Shown here piece after piece: positions 38,801 to 51,076 of a DNA stretch of 64,000 bases; the stretch's first letter is position 1, and every line of letters starts with the position of its first letter. The stretch is from NCBI GenBank assembly GCA_958009085.1, contig OY253679.1, positions 186,001-250,000 on the forward strand, read 5' to 3'. Below the pieces are notes generated by a model. It saw only the letters and a list, made by a program, of their open reading frames with translations, ran no database searches and was not told the origin of the DNA. Origin of the DNA: Protoeuglena noctilucae (Eukaryota). Made by a program: the position numbers and the translations under genes.

Positions 38801-39210
38801 TCGCGACGCACGGCACGCAGCGCGTGTGCCTCTGCCTCAACAGCCTCACCTGCGCCCACCGGTTCCCGAGCTCGCGCTGTGCCGTGATGATGACGGCGTC
38901 CTCGTAGCTCGTGAACGGGGACTTCTTGACGTCCGGGTTGAGCTGATTGCACCACCTGCGGAGCGGATTCGAGCGCCGCGTCGCCTGAGCACCAGGCAGG
39001 GGCCGGCATCTCTCAAAGGCGCATGCCCGGTGTTGAGTCGCGCGGTCTGCCTCACCTGAGCCGGCACGACTTGCCGCTCCGGCCAGGGATGCTGGCGGCG
39101 ATCGTGGTGCTCCAGTTCTTGGCTCCATACGCGCAGACGAGCCTGCGCAGCAGCTGGTCCTCCTCCGGAGTCCAGGCGCCCTTCTTGAGGGCCTCGGTGT
39201 GGGCCACCAT
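35865..39210 (-). CDS. R2R3-MYB transcription factor with long low-complexity C-terminus
   Basis: KKGAWTPEEDQLL...[83 protein letters not shown]. Stop uncertain (35928, or 35865 via a further GC-AG intron). Confidence 0.93.
37080..37099. repeat. (GA)n microsatellite in a MYB intron (polypyrimidine tract on the minus strand)
   Basis: gagagagagagagagagaga read directly. Confidence 0.9.
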
Positions 39211-40341
39211 AGCCCCGGCACACGAAGCGGCGTCCTGCGCGGGGAAGAGCTCACGTCGACGTCGAGACCGCGAGGCCACAGGGACGCAGCGAGGCGCCGG
39301 GGACAGCGCGGGGGGTCTGCTCCCGCGCAAAGCCCCGGGGCGCGCGCGCCGGACGGGAGCCGATTTCGACCTCGCGACGGAAAAGGAGGCGACGGCAGGG
39401 CGACTCGGGCCGTGGGACGCGGGAGGGGCGAGGGAGCCCGGCGGGATGTGTCGGCGAAAATATCACCGGGACCGCGCGAAAAGGGCGCCCGCAAGGCGAC
39501 GCCGCGGCCTCCGACAGCGACCTCGACATTGGTCGCGGTAATTTCCGGCCGAGAGAGGCGTGTCGGAGGCCGCCTCGGCGCGCCCGAGAGCGGGGGGGGA
39601 ATTGAGCCCGGGCGAGTACAACGGGCGCGCGAGGGGGCAGCGTATGACCAAACCGGCGTCGAGGAGCCCCTCGGGACGCTCCGGCGGGCCTTGCGCCCCG
39701 GGGAAAATCTGCGCGAGTGCCTCGCTGGCGCGCGCGTGCGCCCGCGGCGCCCCATGCGCCAGCGAGCGGGCGCGATGGCCGAAACACGCTCCGCGAACGT
39801 CCAGACGCAAGCCAGGGGGCGTGACGAGGACGGGGGCGGGTCCCGGGCGGGTCCTCGCCACGCCGAGGCTTGACCAGGCCCCGCCCGGGACCCGGGACCG
39901 TGCGAGGACCCCGCATCGGGAGCCACGGCAATGATGCGCCATCGTTGCGGGCGGATTTCGCGGGCGCGGGGGCGTGGCGAGTCGATCGACGCGGACCATC
40001 GCGCGGAAGCTCACCTCCCCCTCCTGCTGTCTCTTCTTCGACGAAAAAGGCCACGGGGACGATCGGCAAGCGCAAGCGCCCCCTCAGGAAGGGGCAAGCG
40101 CGGGTCAATTGCAGGAAGACGCCCCGGTACGAATCTCTCCGCTTCTCTGGGACAACGTTATGTCGCAATGAGGTCTGGAGGCGACGCGCGGGGGGATTGG
40201 GGCCGCGAGCTCGCTGTCGGACGCGCGGACCCTACTTGCTGTTTATGCACGCCTTCATTCGCGCTGCTGCCCCCTCAACCGCTCTAGATGACCCATCGAC
40301 CCCCACAGCTTCTGCTCATTGAAGGACAGCGGGGAGATCCC

Positions 40342-42420
40342 TCAGGGTGCCGCCGCGGCCGAGCCCGACAGCGAGATGCCGTGCCTCGCTGCTTCCTCGG
40401 CGGGGTCGGTGTGCACGACCCGCACGCGCCCGCTGGAGACAGTTCTGGGCATGGAGGCTCCCCGTGCCGGCGCCTCGCCCGGATCGCCAGGGTCGCTGGC
40501 GGGGGCAGACGCGCGGGCCAGCGGCGCGCGGGGCGCCCCCGCCCCGGCCACGAGCGGGCGCGACTCCAGCTCCTTCGGGGCCGTAGTTCTGCCGGAACCG
40601 CCTGGCTTGGCCAGCTTCCCGCGCTGGACAGCGAAGCCGCGCTGGAGGACGTCGCGCAGGCGCGGAGGCAGGCTGGCGAGGAGGGCGCCCGACACGCGCG
40701 CCCCCGCAGCCTCCTGCTGGTCCGTCTCGTCCAATATCTCCTCCTGCAGCAGCTCCTCGATCACGTCCTCCATCGTGATTACCCCCACCACCTGCCCCGT
40801 GCGCAAGTGCGCCGTCAATGCGTCCCGGAGGTCCTCTGCAATGTCGTGCACCGTCCCCCTGCAAGCGAGGCAGCGTCAGCTGCACGCACCCGATGTCTTC
40901 TACTCATTCTATCGTGACAAACGCTTCGCTCGGCCTCACCCTGACGCTGCCTCGTCCTCCGGCACGTGCGCCAGCCGCCCGCCCCCGTTGCCCGCGCTCC
41001 CCTGCGGGGCCAGGCCCGCCGACGCTCCCTTAAGCGCCGCCGGCGACGGCCTGTCGACCAGCATAACCATGTGCGAGCGCCCCGTCTGAAAGAGGTCCAG
41101 CAGGTCCTGCAGGGACGTGTCGTCAAACACGCGCGGCGCACTGCGCAACACCATGTCCGCCACCGGCGTCGCCCGGCAGGGGTCCACCAGCGCCAGCTCC
41201 TTCACCATCAGCAGCCCCACGATGTCCCCGCGCGACCCGGGCACATGAATGGGGATCCTGCGAGGTGGGGCGGCGGGGGCAGTGGGCGGTGACGGGTGTT
41301 GTGTTTGCCACGCTTGGTGCAGCACCACCCATGGGCCACTGCCCGTCCGCCCGCGTCACCTCGAGAACCCCGACTCGACGATGCGGGACAGCGTCGCATG
41401 GTCGAGCACGGCGTTTGTGTCAAGCATAAACACACGGCCCAGGGGCGTCATAGCACGGTTCGCAGCCTTGTGCGCCAAATCCAGGGCACCCTTCAGCACG
41501 TTCAGCTCTCCCTGCGACAAATAAACAGGGGACCCTGCGCTTCCCGCGACTGCCTTGTAAATGCCACGAGCCATCTGCAGTTCAGCAATGACAACGCGTC
41601 ATGCGCCTTCTCACCAGAGAGAACTCTGCGTTGTTGTGGCCCTCCTGTGCGTGCGTCTCGTGGTAGATTTCCATAAGGGACCTCAACTCCGCACGCCTGT
41701 GAGGGCAGGGGTGTCACCAGCCGTGCACGGACGGTCTTCACAGCAACACCGTCCTTGCACAACCCAGCCCCGATGGGTTGCCTGCACGCACCTGTAGAGC
41801 GTGTTGTGGGTGCTGCCGATGACGAAGTCGAGGAGCTTGGCGACCGGCCATGTGATGGGGAATAGTAGGATCAGGAGGGCGCGAACAATGTGCTGCGTGT
41901 AGTACCCGACTGCGAGGCCGTAGCGGGAGCACACGGCCTGGGGAATGATCTCGCCGAACAGCAGCACGACGGTGACGGAGAGGACGAGGGACAGTACAGG
42001 GCTGGTGAGGCGGTCCACGACCAACGGCAGCGCCTCCATCGCTGCAGCGTTCGCGACCACGAGCGTGACCAGCAGCCGGTGCGGGTTCCGCATCAGGGGC
42101 TGGATGCCACGTGCGTACTTCTTCTGACGGCTCTCCGGGCCCCGCAGAATCATCTCCAGGTCCACCGTGTCGAGCGAAAGAAGGCCCAGCGTGAGCCCGG
42201 ACATCAGGCCCGCCGTCGCGACCAGCAAGCAGGCGATCACCACGTACAGCACGAATGTCGATCCCGAGAGGGAGCTTCCAGAGCTGCTCGACAGCAGCCG
42301 GCGGAAGCCATCGCGCGCCCTGGGTGGGCGAGGTGCGGAGGGGCATGAGAACCAGCCGCGTGCCTGCTCGAATGGCATCCATGCTGACGCACTGACACTC
42401 TCACCCGACAAGTAAGTCAT
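40342..42420 (-). CDS. CNNM/DUF21 transmembrane plus CBS-pair protein (Mg2+/metal homeostasis), tandem copy B
   Basis: AGLMSGLTLGLLSLD, HRLLVTLVVANAAAMEALP, LSVTVVLLFGEIIPQAVCSRYGLAVG, LKGALDL...AMTPL, SGFSRIPI, LFQTGRSHM, VGVITMEDVIEELLQEEILDETD. Confidence 0.92.
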
Positions 42421-42861
42421 TTATGCGCACTCGGTTTGGCGCTGGCCGGAGCCCGCGCATGGGAGCCTGGCCGAAGTGGGTCGAACTTTGTTGGGCCCCA
42501 ATTCACCCCGCCCTGCGATATCAGGTCCTCGGAACCGCGTCTGCTGAACGTGGATACTACTCAGTACGCGCACTCTCTTTCAGCGCCGGCTAATCGAACC
42601 CTCGATGCGGGATGTCCAAATGCCGCGATGGACCAGGCACCGCCGTCGACAAGCTCTCGCTTTTCCACCGCCAGGACGCAATTCTCGTCGCGTTGGTCCT
42701 TCTGAGCATGCTGGCCAGCCCTGTCGTCCTCATCAGGGCGTCTTTGACGTTGCATTTGACCTTGCAAGCCTTCGCGTTGCAAGCTCGTCCATGTGCGACT
42801 CAGCCGGCCCCCCCGGCGTGATATAACAACGAGGATTGAAACCGGTACCCCAGTGCCCGCT

Positions 42862-45800
42862 CTACGAAAGCCCGCCCGAGCCCCCGCCCGCCCCATGCCG
42901 CCCCCGCCCCTTGGCACCCCTTCGCTTCCCTGCCTTGCCCCGGCCTCTGCCCCCGCCGTCACTGGGCGCATCACTGCGCTCCTCCGACGCAGAAGGCCCG
43001 TCCCCTGTGGTGCTACCCTCCGCCGCTGCCACCGATGAGGCCGCCACCGGTGACCGCGCCCCCTCCAGGTTTTGCCTCATCGCGCCTGACACAGATGCCG
43101 GCGGGCTGCAGCACGCCGACGACCGATCCACGCACTCCGTCGCCGACGACGCCCCGTGCACCCCTGCGACGCCCTGCCCGCTCAGCCGCCGCCCCCGCGC
43201 CGGGAGCGCAACCGCCGACGATGACGACGGTGTGAGCAGGCCGTGCCGCGCCGCCGTCTCCACTGCGGGTGGCAGCGCGGCGTGGTTTTGGCTTTAATGT
43301 CATCGGGCTCGTGACTGAGGTCGCTGGGCGTGAACACGCAGCGCCTGTCCATGCACAGCCTCTCCCCATCGACAGCCCAAGCACAGCCGCGCTCGCCATT
43401 GCATTGCAATCTGTCACACCCTCACCCGGGTCGTTGTGGACGACCAGCCTCGGCGGTCGCCGGCTGGCCCGGGACCCCTCCCGAGAGATCTCGGCATTAA
43501 TTCCCGTGAGCGGCCGGTCGGAGACGCACGCGTCGCCCGATTCCAGGAGCACCGGCGTCGACGCCGTGGGGCCGTTGAGCGCCGTCTTGGTCAGCAGGCG
43601 GTTCCGGTAAAACATCTGCTGCTGCGGGCGGGGCATAAGCGGGGGCAAGGGCTTGGCGGCACCAGGGGCAGCGCCGGTAACAGGATACTTAATATGAGCA
43701 TCGGCATCGTCGTCATCATTATCATGTTCGAATTCGCCTCCCACCTCGATCTCCAGGTCCGTGGTCGCCTCAATGTTTTCGTTGCGCGCCACGCTCCGCG
43801 CCAGCCGCCCCTTTCGCACCACGAAGCTCTTCTGCAGAGCGTCGCGCAGCCTGGGCGGCACCAGCGTGGCCAGCACGGCAGCCGTGACCTTTGTCTCTGC
43901 AAATGTCACGTGAGCGTGGCGTGAGAGTGGCATGAGCGATGTGTGCATATCCACCTTGTCCACCAGTACCACCTCCATCAATGTTTACTACCAGTAAACA
44001 TCGCTACTCCACCCATGCTCTCACCCGCGTTGTTATCCAGATACTGGTCCGTCTCGTCCAATATCTCCTCCTGCAGCAACTCCTCAATCACGTCCTCCAT
44101 TGTGATCACCCCCACCACCTGCCCCGTGCGCAGCAGCTCTAACGCCCGCGTGTCTGTGATGTCCTCCGCGATGTCGCACACCGAGCAGCTGCTGTCGCTG
44201 CGGGAGACGAGGGGCACTCCAATCGACGGGGCACTCATTGCAGGGGGCGCGTGCTGGTGTGGCAACACAAGTGCAAGCGAATGTGTTGATGTAAACGAAA
44301 CGGGGACAGGCGCACGCGTCGATGTGCACGAGTCGGACACAAGTGTCGCCACAGCATGCGCCGTAGCAGCAGCCCTACCGAGCCAAGCGCGCACCTGGCC
44401 GCGCCACGAGGCGAGTGGTTGCGGTGCTTGCGGTAGTGCCCCTGGCCGTTACTGCGACCCTGCCCGACGTCCTTCGGCTCAAAACTCCGCTTCCGCACCT
44501 GCAAGCGACGCCACGAGGCCACACCGCTTGCTGAGCCTGCCACCCTCGTGAACACGACACAGCAGTCCCCGACACATCTTGTCCCCCTCCATCTCTTAAT
44601 CACGTTTCCTTTACATAGCACGAATCGCTATGCTTAGTAATATAGCTGCCCTCACCAGGGGCGCCTCGATGTCGCCCTCCATCTCTGGCGTCCGCGGCGT
44701 GGCGTCGTTGCCAGAATCATAGTCAGACGAAAACCCGTCGCCGTTCAGGGAAAAGCGCTGCACGAGGAGCGCCATGTGCGAGCGCCCCGTCTGAAAGAGG
44801 TCCAGCAGGTCCTGCAGGGACGTGTCGTCAAACACGCGCGGCGCACTGCGCAACACCATGTCCGCCACCGGCGTCGCCCGGCAGGGGTCCACCAGCGCCA
44901 GCTCCTTCACCATCAGCAGCCCCACGATGTCCCCGCGCGACCCGGGCACATGAATGGGGATCCTGCGAGGTGGGGCGGCGGGGGCAGTGGGCGGTGACGG
45001 GTGTTGTGTTTGCCACGCTTGGTGCAGCACCACCCATGGGCCACTGCCCGTCCGCCCGCGTCACCTCGAGAACCCCGACTCGACGATGCGGGACAGCGTC
45101 GCATGGTCGAGCACGGCGTTGGTGTCGAGCATGAACACACGGCCCAGAGGGGTCATGGCACGATGGGCGGGCTTGTGGGCCAAGTCCAGCGCACCCTTTA
45201 GCACGTTCAACTCTCCCTGCGAGTTAACATAAGTAACGATTTGTTTGCGTCGTCATACTGAACACCCAGGCGCAGCGCTCGACCGCCTGGCACGACTGGC
45301 GACACGCGGCACCCTTTCACACAGCGGTGTTGGCGTGGTGTAGGTGCAGGCTGCGACCCCCACCTCGGAAAACTCGGCGCGGCCCGCGCCGTCGCGCGCC
45401 GTGGAGTCGCGATAGATGTCCATCAGAGACCTCAACTCGGCGCGCCTGCGAGCATGCAAACAATGCCCAGCGTCATCACAGCTGCACACCCCAACTCGCT
45501 GACATCTAACCTCTGAACTGCAGTGCAGCGGACGCGATGCTGCGCCCAGTTGTCGACTTGTAAGCGTCGTGGTCAGCTGTCAGCTGTGCAAGCGTGGTCG
45601 CATCGTCACCTGTAGAGGCTCCCGTGGGTGCCGCCAATGACGGCGTTGAGGACTTGGGAGATGGGCCAGGAGATGGGGAATGTGACGAAAAGCATGATGC
45701 GCACGAACCATGCCGAGTAGTAACCCACGGCGAGGCCGTAGCGAGAGCAGACAGCTGCGGGTGGGGAGACGGTGGGCGCGTTATGGGCGCGTGACGGTGC

Positions 45801-46520
45801 GTCTGCGCTTGTGCGAGGGGTCGTGGTGCGGGCCGCTGCGCTAGCGAGGCTAGCGTGGCACCTTGGGGCATGATCTCGCCGAACAGCAGCACGACGGTGA
45901 CGGAGAGTATCAGGGAGATGAGGGGACTGGTGAGGCGGTCGACGAGCATCGGCAGCGCCTCCATCGCCGCTGCGTTGCAGAGGACGAGCGTGACCAGCAG
46001 GCGATGCGAGTCCTTCATCAAGGGTTGGATACCACGCGCATACTTCTTCTGACGGCTCTCCGGGCCCCGTAGAATCATCTCCAGGTCCACCGTGTCGAGC
46101 GAAAGGAGGCCCAGCGTCAGCCCGGACATCAGGCCCGCCACGGCGACCAGCACGCAAGATCCCGCAATGTAAAACCTGCGCGGACGCACGGGCTGCGCAT
46201 CGCACGGGGCTCCGGGCGCGGGCGGCGAGGGCCAGTTGTGCCGCGGGCCGCACGACCCACCAGAAGTCGAAGGAGCCGGGGACAGCGTCGGGCGGGTTCC
46301 CTAAAAGGGAGCTCTGAGAGCCCACGCGACCACTGCGGGCAAGGCGAGCCAAACCGCTTCGGGATGGCGAGAGAAGGTGGCCCTTGCCGTCCCTTGCAAC
46401 CGACACCCTGTCGCGACCCTATCCGCCGCGAAAGCGTGGCGCGGCAGCATCAGCAGTTCCCCCGGAACACCTCGACACCGACGCAGAGGCGCGTGAGCGG
46501 CGAGACGCTGCTCCATGGCG
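42862..46520 (-). CDS. CNNM/DUF21 plus CBS-pair protein, tandem copy A (longer C-terminus; start and stop approximate)
   Basis: Same motifs as copy B (AGLMSGLTLGLLSLD at 46100-46140, GEIMPQ, TGRSHM, ITMEDVIEELLQEEILDETD at 44050-44110), with additional introns. Confidence 0.88.
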
Positions 46521-47079
46521 GGCGGCGCAGGACAGCAGCATACGGAGCCCCCGCCGCCGACCGAAGCCGCACATGGCGCGGAGGAGTCGGGACACCAGCT
46601 CGTCATCACGACGCGCAGGAGACCGTGACCCCGCGTCGTGATGATTCCGGCCCACAATGCTCACCTTGCCCAACTCGGCCCAACGGCCGCCCCCAGGCCC
46701 GCTGTCCCGCCCGCTGCGTCTGGAAGCAGCCTCATGGTCCACCTCTTCACCAAAAAGACGCAAAATATCCAGGATTACGGGTGTCAACGCACGGTTGCGC
46801 TGGTTAACTACTCTGCGGTGTGCATCAGCCTTCAATCGTCGACCTTACACTTCGCCAGTGCACGGCAATCCGTGCGTGACCTGCTTGACGGAGAGAGGAG
46901 CCCCGAGGACTGGCTCGTGGTGACAGCAGCCGCCGCCGTCTGACGCAAGGACGTCAGTGTGTGGCGTTCTTCTGATGAAAAAGTCAGCAGACCAACGGAT
47001 GGTGCAACTCGTCCACCATCCGAGCCGCGTCCCCTTCCCACGGTCGGCCCCTCAGGCCCGCCACACACAGAGTTGCAGC

Positions 47080-50000
47080 ATGGCCCTCGCCGCGGCCTGC
47101 TCCCGCGCGTACGTGCAGGTGATCATTCACTCCACATAGACTTATCTGCTGCCGGGGCCCACGCTGATCACGCCTCCGTGCCCGCACGGCTGCTCAGCAA
47201 TGCCGTTTCTCCACGCGAGGGGGCGGTGCATCTCCGGACGATACGCATTCACACCAAATGGGTGCCGCTCGGATGTCATGGTTTCGTTTGCGGAGGGGAG
47301 AGTGTTTTGGAGATGCAGCATTCGCTCCCGGCGCTGCTGGGCTCTGGAGGCCATGCACGTGCGAGCGCCGCGATCGGAGCCCAAACGGAGCTTTCTGGTG
47401 GCTTCCTTGATTGCGACTTGTATCTACAGCGACATTTTTGATTGCATGGAGCTCCTGGAATGCGCACGCCGCCTTCCGCGCCCACCACAGCGGCAGATAT
47501 CTCGCCAAACATCTGAAGGGCCCCCGGCGCCCCCAGTCCGGCGGATCAGCTCGCATTGCGTCTCAATTTCAGCTGCCGCTGTTTCTCGCAGGAGCGCGTC
47601 GGCGCCCGCCGCCGAGCGCTGCCTACCGTGGTCGGGGCGCGCCTGCCGTCCCCACCAGGCACTGCCCTTTTCGCCGCGCCGCGCGCCGGGCGCCCTTCCT
47701 CGCGGCGCCACGCTGCGGCCGAGCAGCTCGTGACCGAAAATGAGCGCACGACGGCAGGGGCAGGCGAGAGCGCGCGGCCCCGCGGCGCGCGTCTGTGGTG
47801 CGTCTCCACCCACATTTGCGTCGCTGCCGCGCGCCCGCTGGACGCTCCTCTCCGCGCCTCCGTCGCACGCAGAGCCCAGCGGCGATCCCTGGCGCGACGC
47901 CCCGTGGAGCGGCATGCAGTGGACGGTCTACCGCGGCAAGGCCTACGACCTCACCGGCTACCTCGCTTCGGGCCGACACCCGGGCGGCCAGTGGCTGCTG
48001 CGCCTGGCGATCAAGCGCGAGGCGACGGCTCTGTTCGAGTCCTACCACCTGCGCCCCGAGGTCGCGGCCGCCCACCTCCGCCGGCTGCCTGAGATCCAGG
48101 GCTTCCCCATCAACGCCGTGCCCCCGTCCCCTCGCCCCAACGACTCGGAGCTCTACAACGCCATCCGCGAGCGGTGAGGACGAACGAAACGCATGTGTTG
48201 CAATGTAACTGTTGACAGCGAGAACGGTCATGGGCGTGAGGCGCCGCGAGGTGGCGGGAAGGGAGGGGATGCGGGTTGACATGCGGCGGGGTGTGGGTGC
48301 TCGCCAGCGGTGTTGAGAGCGCGCCCCTGAGGCCGCGTTGCGATCTCCGCGCCGCAGGGTGAGGCGGGAGGTGTTCAAGGGGGAAGACGCGAGCGGGGTG
48401 CACCGGTCCGGGACCGAGGGCGCTGCTCTGGCGGTGCTGGGGTACGCGGCGCTGGCGTGGGCGGCCTACTACGCCTCGCCCAACGTGCTCACGGGCGCCG
48501 CGCTGGGGCTGGCGGGGGCCTGGATCGGGTGAGGCGCGGGGTGGGGGGGAGCGGCCGGGGTGCGGGTCGTGTGGGAGGGTGGCAGTGGTCTCCATACCAT
48601 AAGGCAGGATGGAGGGCGTCGGTTCAATGTGTCAACTTTCTCTTAGCCACCCTTCCTGTGATGCTTTGCATAGACCCTTAGAGTACGCTCACCGTTACCA
48701 CGCACCCCCCCCTGCTCCTCCTCCCCCAGCCTGACGGTGCAGCACTGCGGCAACCACGGCGCCATGTCGACCAACGCGACCCTGAACGCCTTCTACGGCC
48801 TCTGCGCTGACTTGACGGGGGGCTCCGCGCTCATGTGGCGCTACCACCACCAGGTCTCGCACCACATCCACTGCAACGACGAGGCGTTCGACGAGGACGT
48901 CTTCTCGGGTGAGTTGTGTTCTTACAATGTATGACTCGAGTCATCCAAACCCGACATGCACGGCTCGTGGAGTGCTGAAGTGCTGGGGCTAAGACACTCG
49001 CACCCTTGCATTGACCACTTCCACCCACTCTCCTGCTGCACACTCGCACTCTCGCACTCCCCCTGTCACTCACCTCACCCCCTTCATCTGTCATCCCTTG
49101 GTGCCACCCGCAGCCCTGCCCTTCTTACGTTTCGACCCCCGCCTCGAGCGCAAGTGGTTCCACCGCTACCAGCACCTCTACATGTGGCTGATGTACCCCT
49201 TCCTGCAAGTCGTCTTCCAGATCGGGGACTGGAAGGCGAGCAGGCCTGGCTCGGAGCGTGCTGTGTGTTACAGCTGCAGGCATGCCGATGTTGCCGATAC
49301 AAATACGCCGGTGTTACAACCACAAGTATGTTTCTGCCAAAAACATTAGCGTGCTGGTGCAACAATCGCAAGCATGACTTGCCATTAACATGACACTACC
49401 AGTACCACCGTCACATCCTCCTGCACGCAGGGCCTGCTGACGGGCCGCACCCCGGGCGCCACGCTGTACGGCGCCAGCCAGGGCGAGCGGTGGTCGGTGG
49501 TGTTCGGCAAGCTGGCCCACTACGCGCTCCTGTGGGTGCTGCCCGTGGTGGCACACGGCTTCGGGGCAGTGCTGCCCGCTGCCCTCGCTTACACGGCCAT
49601 GCAGGCGAGTGGGGCGGTGGCTGTGCATGTGTGCGTGAGCACGACATGCTCACAAGCGGGAGTCGGGCGGCAGCTGTGTATGCGTTTGTGAGCAGATGAG
49701 AGGGCGCGTGGGCGGTGGCTGTGCATGTGTGTGTGAGGGCTGATCGCGCTCCTGTGGGTGCAGCATTAATAAGGGTTTGGCACGACACGCATACCAAGTC
49801 AAGTTCGCAGGGCGTCATGCTCAGCACCGTTCGCCGTGTCCCATGTCACGTGTGCTGTGCTGTGTATGCAGGGCATCGTGCTGAGCACCACCTTCGCCGT
49901 CTCGCACAATCTGGAGGAGAACAAGCCCAGCCAGGGCAGGGCGGGGAGCGTGCTGGACCAGGAGTACATGGAGAGGGACTGGTGCCTGCAGCAGGTGAGG

Positions 50001-50659
50001 GTTGATGATGATGGTCAGTGGCATGGCTTGTTATATGAACAGTGCATGGAGAGGGGTTGGTGCCTGCAGCAGGTGGGAAGCGTGGTGGATGAAAGTTACA
50101 TGGAGACGAGTTGAATCAACTGACCCACTCACTGCTGATTGGTACAGAAAAAGGCTCTAAGGCCCTCCTTCAACTGAACATTCTCCACTTACTGTTAACC
50201 ACAACTACCACACATGCCTCGCCCGCAGATCCAGACGTCGTCCAACTGGGGCGGCGTGGTGGGCAACTTCTTCACCGGGGGCCTGAACCTGCAGATCGAG
50301 CACCACCTCTTCCCCGCCATTGCCTTCGTGCACTACCCCGCCATCGCCCGCATCGTCCGCGACGAGTGCAAGAAGCGGGGGGTCGAGTACGCCCACTACG
50401 ACACGCTGCCGGAGATCCTGGGGCGCTACGTGAGGTACATGCGGGACGTGGGGACCCAGGACGTTCCCGAGGGGTGGAGGCGCATGGAGGACGGGGCCTG
50501 GGGGACGCGGCAGGTGACTGGCTTGGCTGGGGGGCTGTGCTTGGCTTGGTTTGAATGTATGAGAAATGCAGTAGGTGATTGGCGACTGGCCTTAAATTGT
50601 TACGTGGCTTGATCGCGTATAGTCCCCCTTTCTCGCAGACCGCCCTGAGCAAGCTCTGA
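47080..50659 (+). CDS. Cytochrome b5-fused front-end fatty acid desaturase, most like the plastid MGDG Delta-4 desaturase of Chlamydomonas
   Basis: HPGG heme motif, His boxes QHCGNH, WRYHHQVSHH and QIEHHLFP, plus AVPPSPRPNDSELYNAIRER and TFAVSHN. Transit-peptide-like exons 47080-47118 and 47592-47763; last exon TALSKL-TGA ends at 50659. Confidence 0.9.
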
Positions 50660-51076
50660 GGTTTCTGAGGCTTTGGAGGTTCACCGTCGCGATGCCAGTG
50701 ATGAGCTCGTGATGAGCGGGAGCTGATGACTCGATTGAGGAGGTGCGAGGCCCGCTTTATGTCCACCAGTGGGCGACAAGGCCCAGTAAGTGTGTCTGCA
50801 TGACGTGGTCACAGCATTCGGCGTCAGCAAGATCTGAAACAGTCTGCTTGACCCTGTATGCCGTGGCGGGTGACCGGATGCTCCTACGGGGCAACGCTAG
50901 CTTAAGCGCTTTAGGATTGAACAGACAGATGCATTTATATGATGCACAGACGGCCGCAAGCCGCACAGCCACCTTCCTTGTTTGACAGCGACTATGCAGC
51001 CACCCCTGTGCTTCACAGCCACCCTCACTGCAGCGCCGCAAGCAGTTCCGCTGCCCTCTATGCCATGTAACCACCA

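Noticed and set aside
37288..38907. 539-aa plus-strand ORF and many other long ORFs in the track (for example 8399-9673, 54491-55630, 6012-7157)
   Set aside because: They are antisense or off-frame shadows of real GC3-rich genes. Stop codons are rare at this GC content and the products are Pro/Arg/Ala-rich without motifs.
50695..50735. Three TGATGA motifs resembling snoRNA C boxes
   Set aside because: Too closely spaced, no convincing terminal stem or guide region, and located in the desaturase 3' UTR.
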